Source: an uncultured Candidatus Poseidoniales archaeon (GTDB lineage: Archaea > Thermoplasmatota > Poseidoniia > Poseidoniales > Thalassarchaeaceae). Taken from it: a DNA stretch of 64,000 nt. The translations under genes were made by a program, and so were the position numbers. Under the pieces are notes generated by a model. That model saw nothing but the letters and a program-made list of their open reading frames with translations. It was not told the origin of the DNA and searched no databases. The stretch spans positions 146,275 through 210,274 of the forward strand of contig CAJJBW010000001.1 in assembly GCA_905182515.1 (NCBI GenBank), given 5' to 3'. Every line of letters begins with the position of its first letter. Position 1 is the first letter of the stretch. Shown here piece by piece: positions 1 through 8,373 of the stretch.

Positions 1-1
1 C

Positions 2-688
2 AATCTCCCATGTATAAGTGGTAAAGATTCAATGAAAAATGATGCAACGATAAATGGAAAAAAAATCAGCGTCCCTCCTACCTTGTTATTCAGCCTAATA
101 GGAAATCATAAAGATGTTAGAAAAGCAGTATCTAGTGATTTTAAAGAATTCGGCGACATAATATATCTTCTAGGAGAAACACACCAAGAACTAGGTGCGA
201 GCGAATTAGCGTTTATGTTCCGGGACGAATCAAATGGAGTAAGCGGTATAGGAGGAGAGGTTCCCAAAATCAACACTACCAGGAATCTAGCTTTATACCG
301 AAGTATAACTAACGCTATGTCGAAAGGATTGATTGCAAGTGCACATGATTGCAGCGATGCCGGACTTGCAGCAGCCGTTGCAGAATGTTGTTTTGGATGC
401 GATTCAGGGGCTATTTTAGATATTTCTAAAGTAATGTCATCAAATATAAACGTGGATATTTGGGGTACACTATTTGGAGAAAGCCTTGGCCGGATATTAG
501 TAAGCATAAAACCAAACAACTGCAAAGAATTTGAGAAACTCATGGCTGACCATGAATATAGTTTACTAGGGGCTGTCGATTCTGGCGACAACATCGCCTT
601 CATCAATTCAGGAAAAACCGTCCTTTCTGCATCTATGAGTAAATTACGTGAATCTTGGAAAGGGGCACTAAATGGAGAGAGTAATTGA
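2..688 (+). CDS. purL: FGAM synthase II (PurL), C-terminal fragment; 5' end lies upstream of the window
   Basis: Frame is open from nt 2 (NLPCISGKDSM...), so the listed Met at 32 is internal. Has motifs 'ISGKDSM' and 'AHDCSDAGLAAAVAECCF'. Its stop overlaps the purQ start (ATGA at 685-688). Confidence 0.85.
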   Translation, partial: NLPCISGKDSMKNDATINGKKISVPPTLLFSLIGNHKDVRKAVSSDFKEFGDIIYLLGETHQELGASELAFMFRDESNGVSGIGGEVPKINTTRNLALYRSITNAMSKGLIASAHDCSDAGLAAAVAECCFGCDSGAILDISKVMSSNINVDIWGTLFGESLGRILVSIKPNNCKEFEKLMADHEYSLLGAVDSGDNIAFINSGKTVLSASMSKLRESWKGALNGESN

Positions 689-1509
689 TGCAACCTAAAG
701 TAGCCGTTCTCTCAGGATTTGGAATTAATTGCGAAACTGAAACTATTGCAGTATTTGAGATGGCAGGGGCAAAAGCCGACAGAGTCCATGTAAATAGATT
801 AGTTAACGGAGAAATAAACTTAGAAGATTATCATATAATGGCAGTACCTGGTGGATTTTCCTTCGGAGATCACTTGGGTAGTGGACGTTTGATGGGAAAC
901 CGCCTCCGTTTTGGACTGAGAAATCAAGTTCGAGATTTTGTTAAAGCAGGTAAACCAGTAATTGGAATTTGTAATGGTTTTCAGGTTTTGGTTAAAATGG
1001 GACTACTTCCCGGCGATGATGATGTAAGTTTAACACAAACAGCGTCTCTCGCTTTGAATGATTCAGGGCACTATGAAAATAGATGGGCAACTCTAGAATT
1101 CAATCCGGACAGTCATTGTATATGGATAAAAGATATGACTAGAATTAGAGTACCTGTCCGCCATGGTGAAGGAAAATTTGTTACTTCAGATAAACAACTT
1201 TTGGATGAGTGGGAAAAAGCTGGTCAACTAGCAGTAAAGTATGTAGACCCTTCAACCATATACCCCTCCTCTTCTAATGATGTGTTACCTTACCCAATCT
1301 CTCCAAATCAAAGTTGGCGAAATATTGCAGGAGTCTGTGATCCATCTGGTTTAGTATTCGGACTAATGCCACATCCTGAAGCCAATCATTCTACATGGTT
1401 AGGGGCGACATGGACTAGAGAAAATATAGAGCATGGAGAAGGTGAAGGGATGAAAATTTTTCATAATGCAGTAAAATACGTTAGAGAACACCACTCTAGC
1501 TTTGAATAA
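685..1509 (+). CDS. purQ: FGAM synthase I, glutamine amidotransferase subunit (PurQ)
   Basis: Class I GATase motifs 'GICNGFQ' (Cys nucleophile), 'GGFSFGD' and 'MPHPE'. Translationally coupled to purL. Confidence 0.9.
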   Translation: MMQPKVAVLSGFGINCETETIAVFEMAGAKADRVHVNRLVNGEINLEDYHIMAVPGGFSFGDHLGSGRLMGNRLRFGLRNQVRDFVKAGKPVIGICNGFQVLVKMGLLPGDDDVSLTQTASLALNDSGHYENRWATLEFNPDSHCIWIKDMTRIRVPVRHGEGKFVTSDKQLLDEWEKAGQLAVKYVDPSTIYPSSSNDVLPYPISPNQSWRNIAGVCDPSGLVFGLMPHPEANHSTWLGATWTRENIEHGEGEGMKIFHNAVKYVREHHSSFE

Positions 1510-1526
1510 ATATCTTATTGCAATAG

Positions 1527-2162
1527 ATGCTCTCCGAGCGTATTATGACAGTTCGTAAAGCAACTGATGTATTTTCTGAATGGGCCCTTAGGGACAGAGA
1601 TGAGGGGATGGAAGAGGGTCATGCCAAATCAGTTAATGATATGTTAAAAATGGTAATTCCAAAGTTTACATCACCATTTTCAGTTATAGATGTTGGTTGC
1701 GGAAACGGATGGGTTTGTCGCTATTTGGAAAGCATTGAAAATTGTTACAAAGCAGTTGGTGTGGATGGCTCAAAAGAGATGATTTTGAAAGCGAAAATAA
1801 AGGGCGATGGTGAATTTCATTTAGCACAATTACCTTTTTGGAAACCTTCTATTAAATTTGATTTAATTCATTCTATGGAATTTCTTTATTATTTACATGA
1901 TCCCTTTGAAATGTTAAAGATTTTTTATGAGGAATGGCTAAAACCGGGAGGAATTTTAATCGCAGGTATCGATCATTATAGTGAGAATACTATCAGCCTA
2001 GGTTGGCCAAAAGCATTGAATGTTAATATGTCTACATTTAGCGAGAACGAATGGAGAAAAGCAATGTTAGATGCAGGATTTATAGACGTTAAAATACAAC
2101 GTGTAGGAATAAAAGAAGGCTTTGTAGGTACCTTAGCAATGTTAGGCCAAAAACTTAATTGA
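1527..2162 (+). CDS. Class I SAM-dependent methyltransferase
   Basis: Motif I 'VIDVGCGNGW' and a Rossmann-like layout; 211 aa. Substrate unknown. Confidence 0.7.
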   Translation: MLSERIMTVRKATDVFSEWALRDRDEGMEEGHAKSVNDMLKMVIPKFTSPFSVIDVGCGNGWVCRYLESIENCYKAVGVDGSKEMILKAKIKGDGEFHLAQLPFWKPSIKFDLIHSMEFLYYLHDPFEMLKIFYEEWLKPGGILIAGIDHYSENTISLGWPKALNVNMSTFSENEWRKAMLDAGFIDVKIQRVGIKEGFVGTLAMLGQKLN

Positions 2163-2233
2163 TCATGTTTAATTCACTTTTAAGTTATAAATAATTAAAT
2201 TGAAAATATAAACAATCTATATCTATAAGTTGA

Positions 2234-3154
2234 ATGGAGAGACGTTATCCGAGTTTCATGGTCGACCCAAATATCAAGGTAGAGAAAGAGGCGACCGTCA
2301 TCGAAATATTATCGCTTTTACATCCAGATGCAAAAAAAAATTCACTTCGTAGAATGGTTGATCATGGCCGTGTAATGGTGAATGGCGAAAAAGTGAATAG
2401 GGCCAATACCAAAATTTCGGTTGGAGTAATTCTTACGGTGCTTTCCAAATCTGAAGGTGATGAAAAACTGGAAAACCCAAGTAATTTAATTCCCAATCCA
2501 GAAATTATTTATTCTGATAATTCAGTAATTATTGTAGATAAACCGGCAGGACTCTTATCTGTCGCTACAGATAGAGGAGAATCGGATACGATGTATGACC
2601 GTACAGCTAAATGGGCTTCAGAGAATCTAAAATCACCCATACACCTTGTTCATCGTTTAGACAGAGAAACATCTGGCTGCTTGATTTTTGCTACATCTCT
2701 CGAAATTCGTGACATGTTACAAAAACAATTTAAAAATCGTTCAATTGAAAGAATATACTATGCAGTTGTTTTTGGAAAGCCAACTACTAGTTCAGGAATA
2801 GAAACAACTAGAATACAAGAAACTAAAGATAAAAGGGTTAGATTAGTTATTGGGAATAAGCGTGCAGGAAAAGAAGCAATTACAAATTGGATGTTGGAGA
2901 AGGCTGGATCTGTACATAGTTTGATAAGAATAAAAATAGACACTGGAAGAAGAGCACAAATACGGCTGCATATGACGAACTTAGGATGCCCAGTCTTGGG
3001 GGATACACGATATGGGAGGGGAAAAACTAGCGTCAATAGATTATGCTTGCATGCTACAGAACTTACTTTTAATCACCCAAATGGTAAAAAAATACATGTA
3101 AAAAGCGAGATACCGGCTAAATTAATATCAGAGTTAAATCGTAAAAAATTATGA
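2234..3154 (+). CDS. RluA-family pseudouridine synthase with N-terminal S4-like domain
   Basis: Catalytic motif 'HRLDRETSGCLIFA', 'GDTRYG', and an S4-like 'LRRMVDHGRVMVNGEKV'. Confidence 0.85.
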   Translation: MERRYPSFMVDPNIKVEKEATVIEILSLLHPDAKKNSLRRMVDHGRVMVNGEKVNRANTKISVGVILTVLSKSEGDEKLENPSNLIPNPEIIYSDNSVIIVDKPAGLLSVATDRGESDTMYDRTAKWASENLKSPIHLVHRLDRETSGCLIFATSLEIRDMLQKQFKNRSIERIYYAVVFGKPTTSSGIETTRIQETKDKRVRLVIGNKRAGKEAITNWMLEKAGSVHSLIRIKIDTGRRAQIRLHMTNLGCPVLGDTRYGRGKTSVNRLCLHATELTFNHPNGKKIHVKSEIPAKLISELNRKKL

Positions 3155-3385
3155 TTCGTCTTCAACAATAAGGTAAGCAGGTACTTCAGTAATGATTTTA
3201 CTACCAGAAGGCGCATCTGTTATTTCTTCAACAAGAACATAATCATCATCCAACAAACTCTCATCTAGAGCTGATAATCTCAGTTCAACTTGCCATCTCT
3301 TTATCATCTCATAAATTAAAATATAAATAATCAATATGAATACTATTGTAGAACAAATCCATGCTACAATATTTTGATCATCCAT
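3149..3385 (-). CDS. Small membrane protein with one TM helix and an acidic tail; hypothetical
   Basis: Hydrophobic segment 'VAWICSTIVFILIIYILIY' followed by a D/E-rich tail. Its start overlaps the pyrF stop by 8 nt. Confidence 0.45.
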   Translation of the reverse strand: MDDQNIVAWICSTIVFILIIYILIYEMIKRWQVELRLSALDESLLDDDYVLVEEITDAPSGSKIITEVPAYLIVEDES

Positions 3386-4208
3386 TCATATCTCTCTCAA
3401 TTAAAGCATCCCATGATGCTTTAGCGTACGCCATTGCTGATTCTTTAGGATTTGTTGAATTATAAATTCCAGATCCTACAATGACTGCGTCCGCACCTGA
3501 TTTAATTGCATCATAAGGATGACCATATCTTTGACCTAATTTGCCTTCTCCAATTTCTAAATTAACACCTGGGGTCCAAATCAATCTCCCTTCTCCAGCT
3601 TTTTTACGAAGTTGAGCAATTTCTTCATCCGAACTTCCATTTCCAATATATCCTACGACATGCGGAGAACTAGTGCCAGTTGAAATAACACTATCTGTGT
3701 AATCTGGAGTTAAAAGATTCCCTCTACTTGACATTTGAGCAAGTAGAAATACTCCTCCAATTCGTTTCACATCATCCCAACCGGCTGCTAGACCATCTAT
3801 GATGTCCGGCCCTGATACTCGATGGGCAGTAACTAAATCTGCCCAAGATCTAATATCATAAATTCCTCCCATTTGGATTTGAGAAATTTTTCCAATATCA
3901 GCAAATTTTCTATCTTCAAAAATCATCAAATCATGTTTTTTTGCAGCAATTAAAACTTTTTCCCATTCATCTCTTTTGAAATCAGTCACCATGTCCACAT
4001 GGGTCTTAAGTGCAGATATGTGGGGCCCCACTTCATTTATTAAGTTCAAAAGGTCACTTATTGTATAAACATCAGCCGCTAATACAACCAACGACTTCTT
4101 CTCAGTAGACGTTTCCATAAATCGATGTGACAAGGGGTGGGCACAACTTCTCCATCTTATGCCCCATATCTCCTCGGCTCGCATTGTACTTACTAAACCC
4201 TCAAGCAT
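3378..4208 (-). CDS. pyrF: Orotidine 5'-phosphate decarboxylase
   Basis: 'LKTHVDM' and 'FEDRKFADIG' (catalytic Lys/Asp region). The more likely start is the internal ATG at 4118 (METSTEKKSLVV...). Confidence 0.85.
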   Translation of the reverse strand: MLEGLVSTMRAEEIWGIRWRSCAHPLSHRFMETSTEKKSLVVLAADVYTISDLLNLINEVGPHISALKTHVDMVTDFKRDEWEKVLIAAKKHDLMIFEDRKFADIGKISQIQMGGIYDIRSWADLVTAHRVSGPDIIDGLAAGWDDVKRIGGVFLLAQMSSRGNLLTPDYTDSVISTGTSSPHVVGYIGNGSSDEEIAQLRKKAGEGRLIWTPGVNLEIGEGKLGQRYGHPYDAIKSGADAVIVGSGIYNSTNPKESAMAYAKASWDALIERDMNG

Positions 4209-4229
4209 ACATCAAGCCTTTCCTTATTA

Positions 4230-5594
4230 TTGATAAACGAACAACAAATATCAATCTCTTTGATTAAGGGGAGTATTCTCGTGGGAGTTATGGTGCTATA
4301 TACTCCCGGTAAAACTTCGGGATACCCCGATGAAAAAATAAAGTCTGGAATTCGATTTTATTTTTTAGGAGGTGCAGGAGAAGTTGGCAATGTTGGATGT
4401 GTTATTGAAGATCATACAGGGACCAGATTACTTATTGATTATGGAATGGCACCTACAAGGCCTCCAAAATATCCTTCTGAATGCCCCCCAGTGTCCGATG
4501 CAATAATTACACATAGTCACATCGATCACATTGGAATGGCCCCATGGCTTGTTGGTGCGCATGGAACCAAATTGCATGGTACTGGCTTAACTGCAAAAGT
4601 TTCTGAGATAATGTGGAGAGATACCTATAAAGTCTCTACAATCGAAGGTTACCCACTTTCATGGGATAAAAGAGATTTAGATTTAGCTTTAGAATCTTGG
4701 GTTACTCATGGCATAGGTGAGTGGTTTGAAATTGGAGCCTGGAAGTGCCGGTTTCATCTTGCAGGCCATATGCCAGGTGCAATAATGGTAGAAATCGTTA
4801 CTCCATCAACAACAATTCTTTGGTCAGGGGATTTGGATGTTCGCAACAGCCCCAATGCTTTAGGTGCCAAAGCGGTAAAATGTGATATTTTGTGCTTAGA
4901 GGGAACATACGGCGGCCGTACGCATCCTCCTCGTGTTGAAGAAGAACAAAGATTTGTAGATCGCGTCAAAGAAATTGTAGATAGAGGAGGAATAGCACTT
5001 GTACCAGCTTTTGCTTCAGGAAGGGGGCAAGATATACTGAGAATTTTACACCGAGAAGCACCACATTTACAAGTTCATTTTGATGGTATGGGGACAAGAC
5101 TCACTAAAGATTGGTTAAAATTTCCAGAGTTAATTAAAGAACCAAATAATTTGATAAAGACATGGAAATGGGCCCGCCGTGTATATGGTAAAAGTGATAG
5201 GAAAAAGGCACTAAATGCAAATGTAATTGTAACTACAAGTGGTATGTTAGATGGAGGGCCAGCATTATGGTATCTAAATCGATTGAAATGGGATAAAGCC
5301 AATGGTATTTTACTGACCGGATATCAAGCCGAAGGTTCCGGAGGTAGACAATTATTAACAGAAGGAAAGTTACCAATTTATGGTAAAATGACCGAAATAG
5401 ATTTGGAAATAGATCAATTTGCCCTATCAAACCATGCTGATCATAATTCATTATCTAATTTCGCTCGTGAGTGTCAACCCAAAAATATCATCATATTTCA
5501 TGCACCCGAAGAAGGCATAAAAGCATTAGATATCGATTTAAGTAAAGATTACACCGTCCATCTCCCTGAAAATAATATTCCTTTGAATTTGTAA
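4230..5594 (+). CDS. Metallo-beta-lactamase-fold beta-CASP ribonuclease (aCPSF2 / RNase J-like)
   Basis: 'HSHIDHIG' (HxHxDH) and a beta-CASP-sized C-terminal half with 'SNHADH'. The listed start is TTG; an alternative ATG lies at 4290. Confidence 0.75.
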   Translation: MINEQQISISLIKGSILVGVMVLYTPGKTSGYPDEKIKSGIRFYFLGGAGEVGNVGCVIEDHTGTRLLIDYGMAPTRPPKYPSECPPVSDAIITHSHIDHIGMAPWLVGAHGTKLHGTGLTAKVSEIMWRDTYKVSTIEGYPLSWDKRDLDLALESWVTHGIGEWFEIGAWKCRFHLAGHMPGAIMVEIVTPSTTILWSGDLDVRNSPNALGAKAVKCDILCLEGTYGGRTHPPRVEEEQRFVDRVKEIVDRGGIALVPAFASGRGQDILRILHREAPHLQVHFDGMGTRLTKDWLKFPELIKEPNNLIKTWKWARRVYGKSDRKKALNANVIVTTSGMLDGGPALWYLNRLKWDKANGILLTGYQAEGSGGRQLLTEGKLPIYGKMTEIDLEIDQFALSNHADHNSLSNFARECQPKNIIIFHAPEEGIKALDIDLSKDYTVHLPENNIPLNL

Positions 5595-5660
5595 ACTTTA
5601 ACAAAAAAAAGGTTTTTCATAGCGAGGTTCATATGCCCCCTGTCTTAGCGTTCACACTAG

Positions 5661-7241
5661 GTGAGCCCAGACTCACCAATATATTTCGAATTAGGAGAAA
5701 GAAAAATGAGTGAATTAGAAAAATTAATGGACGACAGATTTGGATTAACTGATGCCGGCGTAACTTGGCAAAGTGAGATGAGGGCAGGACTAACTACTTT
5801 CATGACTATGGCATATATATTGTTGGTAAATCCTGCAATGCTTTCAAACACAGGAATGCCATTTGATGATGTATTATTTGCAACTGCTATTGCTGCCTTT
5901 GTAGGATGTGCAGTAATGGGCCTTTGGGCAAATTTACCATTTGCATTAGCACCTGGAATGGGCTTGAATGCATATTTTACATTTACAGTTGTAATTGCAA
6001 TGCAAATACCCTGGCAAGTAGCTCTAGCTGCAGTTTTTGTTGAAGGAATAATATTCTTAATTATTTCATTACCACAAATCGGCTGGAGAAGCAAGATGAT
6101 AAATTCAATCCCAAAAGATCTGAAAATAGCAACAGGAGCAGGAATTGGTATGTTCCTTGCATTGATCGGACTAGAGGAAACTGGAATTGTAGTTAATAAT
6201 GGAGTTACTTTAGTGGCACTGGATCAAACTGCATCATGGACACATACATCTGGTGAATTATGGGCAATTATTGGAATAGTTGCAATTGCAGCAATGATGG
6301 CTCGTGGAATTACAGGATCAATTGTATGGGGTATTTTAGGAATCTCTGTAATGGGCTGGTTCCTCGGAGTCTCAGATCCTTACAATATGCTTGGAAATGC
6401 TGACCCAACTTACACTTTTGATAATGATGCAGTTCAATCTACAATTGGATTTGCAATGTATGAGGGAGAAAGCTTCACAGTATTCCATGCTCCAGCAGGG
6501 TGGGGTGCTGCTACAGCAGCAGCGCCAGCACTTGGAGATATATTCGGATTCACAGGGTTACCCGACGAAACATTAGCAGGCTTCGTTGACGGATTTGGAG
6601 ATGTTGGTGATTATAAATGGTCAATAGGCGACTTCCTCCTAATAATGATAACTTTCTTATTCGTGGATATATTTGATACAGCAGGAACACTATACTCAGT
6701 AGGCAGAGCAGCAGGATATGTTGATGATAATGATGAATTACATAATGCAGATGAAGCATTCATGGCTGATGCCGCAGCTACTATAGTGGGTGCAATGACT
6801 GGTACCAGTACAACAACAACTTATATCGAATCTGCGGCTGGTGTCGAAGAAGGAGGAAAAACTGGTTTAGTAGCAGTGACTTGCGGAGTTTTATTCCTAT
6901 CAGGATTATTCCTATCAGGATTATTCCAAGCAATCCCCACATATGCTGCAGCATGTGCATTAGTGATTGTAGGGGCTCTAATGATGCGTCAGGCCGCAGA
7001 TATCAACTGGAACGACCTAGAAGTTGCTATTCCAGCTTTCATAACAATGATATTGATGCCATTCGCTTATTCTATTGCAGCAGGAATCGCATGGGGAATA
7101 ATAGCATATGTTTTAGTTAAAATAGCAGTAGGAAAATATCAAGAAATAAATGCCGTAATGGCCACACTGTTTGTGTTAATGATAATGTTCTACTTAGGGC
7201 CTGGAGATCAGACTACCTTCGAATTCATTTTCCAAGGATGA
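5661..7241 (+). CDS. NCS2/AzgA-family purine (adenine/guanine/hypoxanthine) permease
   Basis: 'AGLTTFMTMAYILLVNP' and a polytopic membrane profile. The likely true start is ATG 5706 (MSELEKL...), preceded by GGAG. Confidence 0.85.
   Translation: MSPDSPIYFELGERKMSELEKLMDDRFGLTDAGVTWQSEMRAGLTTFMTMAYILLVNPAMLSNTGMPFDDVLFATAIAAFVGCAVMGLWANLPFALAPGMGLNAYFTFTVVIAMQIPWQVALAAVFVEGIIFLIISLPQIGWRSKMINSIPKDLKIATGAGIGMFLALIGLEETGIVVNNGVTLVALDQTASWTHTSGELWAIIGIVAIAAMMARGITGSIVWGILGISVMGWFLGVSDPYNMLGNADPTYTFDNDAVQSTIGFAMYEGESFTVFHAPAGWGAATAAAPALGDIFGFTGLPDETLAGFVDGFGDVGDYKWSIGDFLLIMITFLFVDIFDTAGTLYSVGRAAGYVDDNDELHNADEAFMADAAATIVGAMTGTSTTTTYIESAAGVEEGGKTGLVAVTCGVLFLSGLFLSGLFQAIPTYAAACALVIVGALMMRQAADINWNDLEVAIPAFITMILMPFAYSIAAGIAWGIIAYVLVKIAVGKYQEINAVMATLFVLMIMFYLGPGDQTTFEFIFQG
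6891..6927. repeat. Perfect 15-bp in-frame tandem duplication (2.5 copies) inside the permease gene
   Basis: 'ttattcctatcagga' at 6891-6905 and 6906-6920, then a partial 'ttattcc'. Encodes LFLSG-LFLSG-LF. Confidence 0.95.
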
Positions 7242-7266
7242 AATTGAATATATTTACATAAATTAG

Positions 7267-7303
7267 GCACTATAGTCATGCTGAAATATGCATACTATAG
7301 TGC
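7267..7303 (+). terminator. 14-bp stem (one bulged C) with an 8-nt loop, between the permease and apt, followed by a T-rich tract
   Basis: GCACTATAGTCATGC / GCATACTATAGTGC with loop TGAAATAT, then 'tttaaaatgtgtggtgttttt'. Could instead be a protein-binding palindrome. Confidence 0.4.
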
Positions 7304-7326
7304 TTTAAAATGTGTGGTGTTTTTAG

Positions 7327-7869
7327 ATGAGGGATACTCTATTAGAATCAATATCTACTTCCGTAAGGACAGTACCTGACTTTCCTTTAGAAGGTATTTT
7401 ATTTAGAGACATCACTCCATTATTATCCGATTACAAACTTCTATCTCAAACAATTGAAAGAATAGTCCATGATATGGCAAATCTACATTGGGATCCAGAT
7501 ATTATAATTGGACCAGAAGCTAGAGGCTTTATTTTTGGACCATTATTATCAACTAAATTAGAGAAAGCCTTTGTGCCAGTAAGAAAACCAGGGAAACTCC
7601 CGCCACCTACATTAAAAATAGATTATAATCTTGAGTATGGATCCAATAGTTTAGAAATACATGATGATGCTATCTTACCAGGCCAAAAAGTAGTAATTAT
7701 AGATGATCTTCTAGCAACAGGGGGTACAGTATCTGCATGTATAGAATTATGTAAGCAGTTAGGGGCAGAAGTAATTGGCACCATATTCATAATAGAATTA
7801 GAGGGATTAGGGGCAAGAGAACTTATTCACCCTATTCCTATACATTCCCTTTTGAAATATCCAGCATAA
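7327..7869 (+). CDS. apt: Adenine phosphoribosyltransferase
   Basis: PRPP-binding motif 'VVIIDDLLATGGT'; 180 aa. Confidence 0.9.
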   Translation: MRDTLLESISTSVRTVPDFPLEGILFRDITPLLSDYKLLSQTIERIVHDMANLHWDPDIIIGPEARGFIFGPLLSTKLEKAFVPVRKPGKLPPPTLKIDYNLEYGSNSLEIHDDAILPGQKVVIIDDLLATGGTVSACIELCKQLGAEVIGTIFIIELEGLGARELIHPIPIHSLLKYPA

Positions 7870-7920
7870 TAATAACGCGAAACGCCCGATTTATTCAAAG
7901 GTAACACGCCTTTCCAAGGA

Positions 7921-8361
7921 TTGATTACAGTGGCAGACAATAACCCACCACCTCCGCCTCCAGCAGCAAAACCAACTTCTCCTCCACCTCCGCCTCCAGC
8001 AGCAAAACCAAAGACTATGGGAAGTCCCAAAAAAGTTCCAAAAGCAAACAAACCTTCTAACAAACCTATTAGTAAGAAATCTAAACAAAAGAAAAAATCT
8101 AGAGGGCCGCGCCTTCGATTAAAAATTAAATCTGCAAAAATAGATTCCGATGAAGATAACTACCAATCTCAACGTGGCTGGGTTACGGCTTCTACAGATT
8201 TACTTCCAATCGAAGAAGAGGTAAAAAAAGAACCTGAAATCATGATACACCAATGCACTATGTGTGGATCTAGGATGACCATTCCTAGACCAAAAAGAGA
8301 ACGATATAAAGTCATATGTTCTTATCCGGAATGTGGTCACGAAGATATGGTTGGAGTTTAA
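7921..8361 (+). CDS. Pro/Lys-rich basic protein with a C-terminal CxxC...CxxC zinc ribbon; start uncertain
   Basis: 'HQCTMCGSRM...ICSYPECGHE'. The listed start is TTG. If the ATG at MGSPKK is used instead, the Pro-rich repeat is 5' UTR. Confidence 0.5.
   Translation: MITVADNNPPPPPPAAKPTSPPPPPPAAKPKTMGSPKKVPKANKPSNKPISKKSKQKKKSRGPRLRLKIKSAKIDSDEDNYQSQRGWVTASTDLLPIEEEVKKEPEIMIHQCTMCGSRMTIPRPKRERYKVICSYPECGHEDMVGV
7948..8010. repeat. 27-bp direct repeat at 36-bp period, encoding PPPPPPAAKP twice
   Basis: 'ccacctccgcctccagcagcaaaacca' at 7948-7974 and 7984-8010. Confidence 0.9.
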
Positions 8362-8373
8362 ATAACTAAATCT

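Noticed and set aside
5595-5705. Possible purine riboswitch upstream of the purine permease
   Set aside because: There is only a short 6-bp hairpin (GGTGAG-CCCAGA-CTCACC). It lacks the three-way junction and the conserved loop-loop nucleotides of the purine riboswitch. Riboswitches are also rare in Archaea.
5657-6094. 145-aa minus-strand ORF
   Set aside because: It is antisense to the well-supported NCS2 permease gene.
7827-8063. Poly-Gly minus-strand ORFs (7827-8063 and 7891-8088)
   Set aside because: They are the mirror image of the CCN-rich Pro-repeat DNA. The first overlaps the apt 3' end. They are artefacts of the repeat composition.
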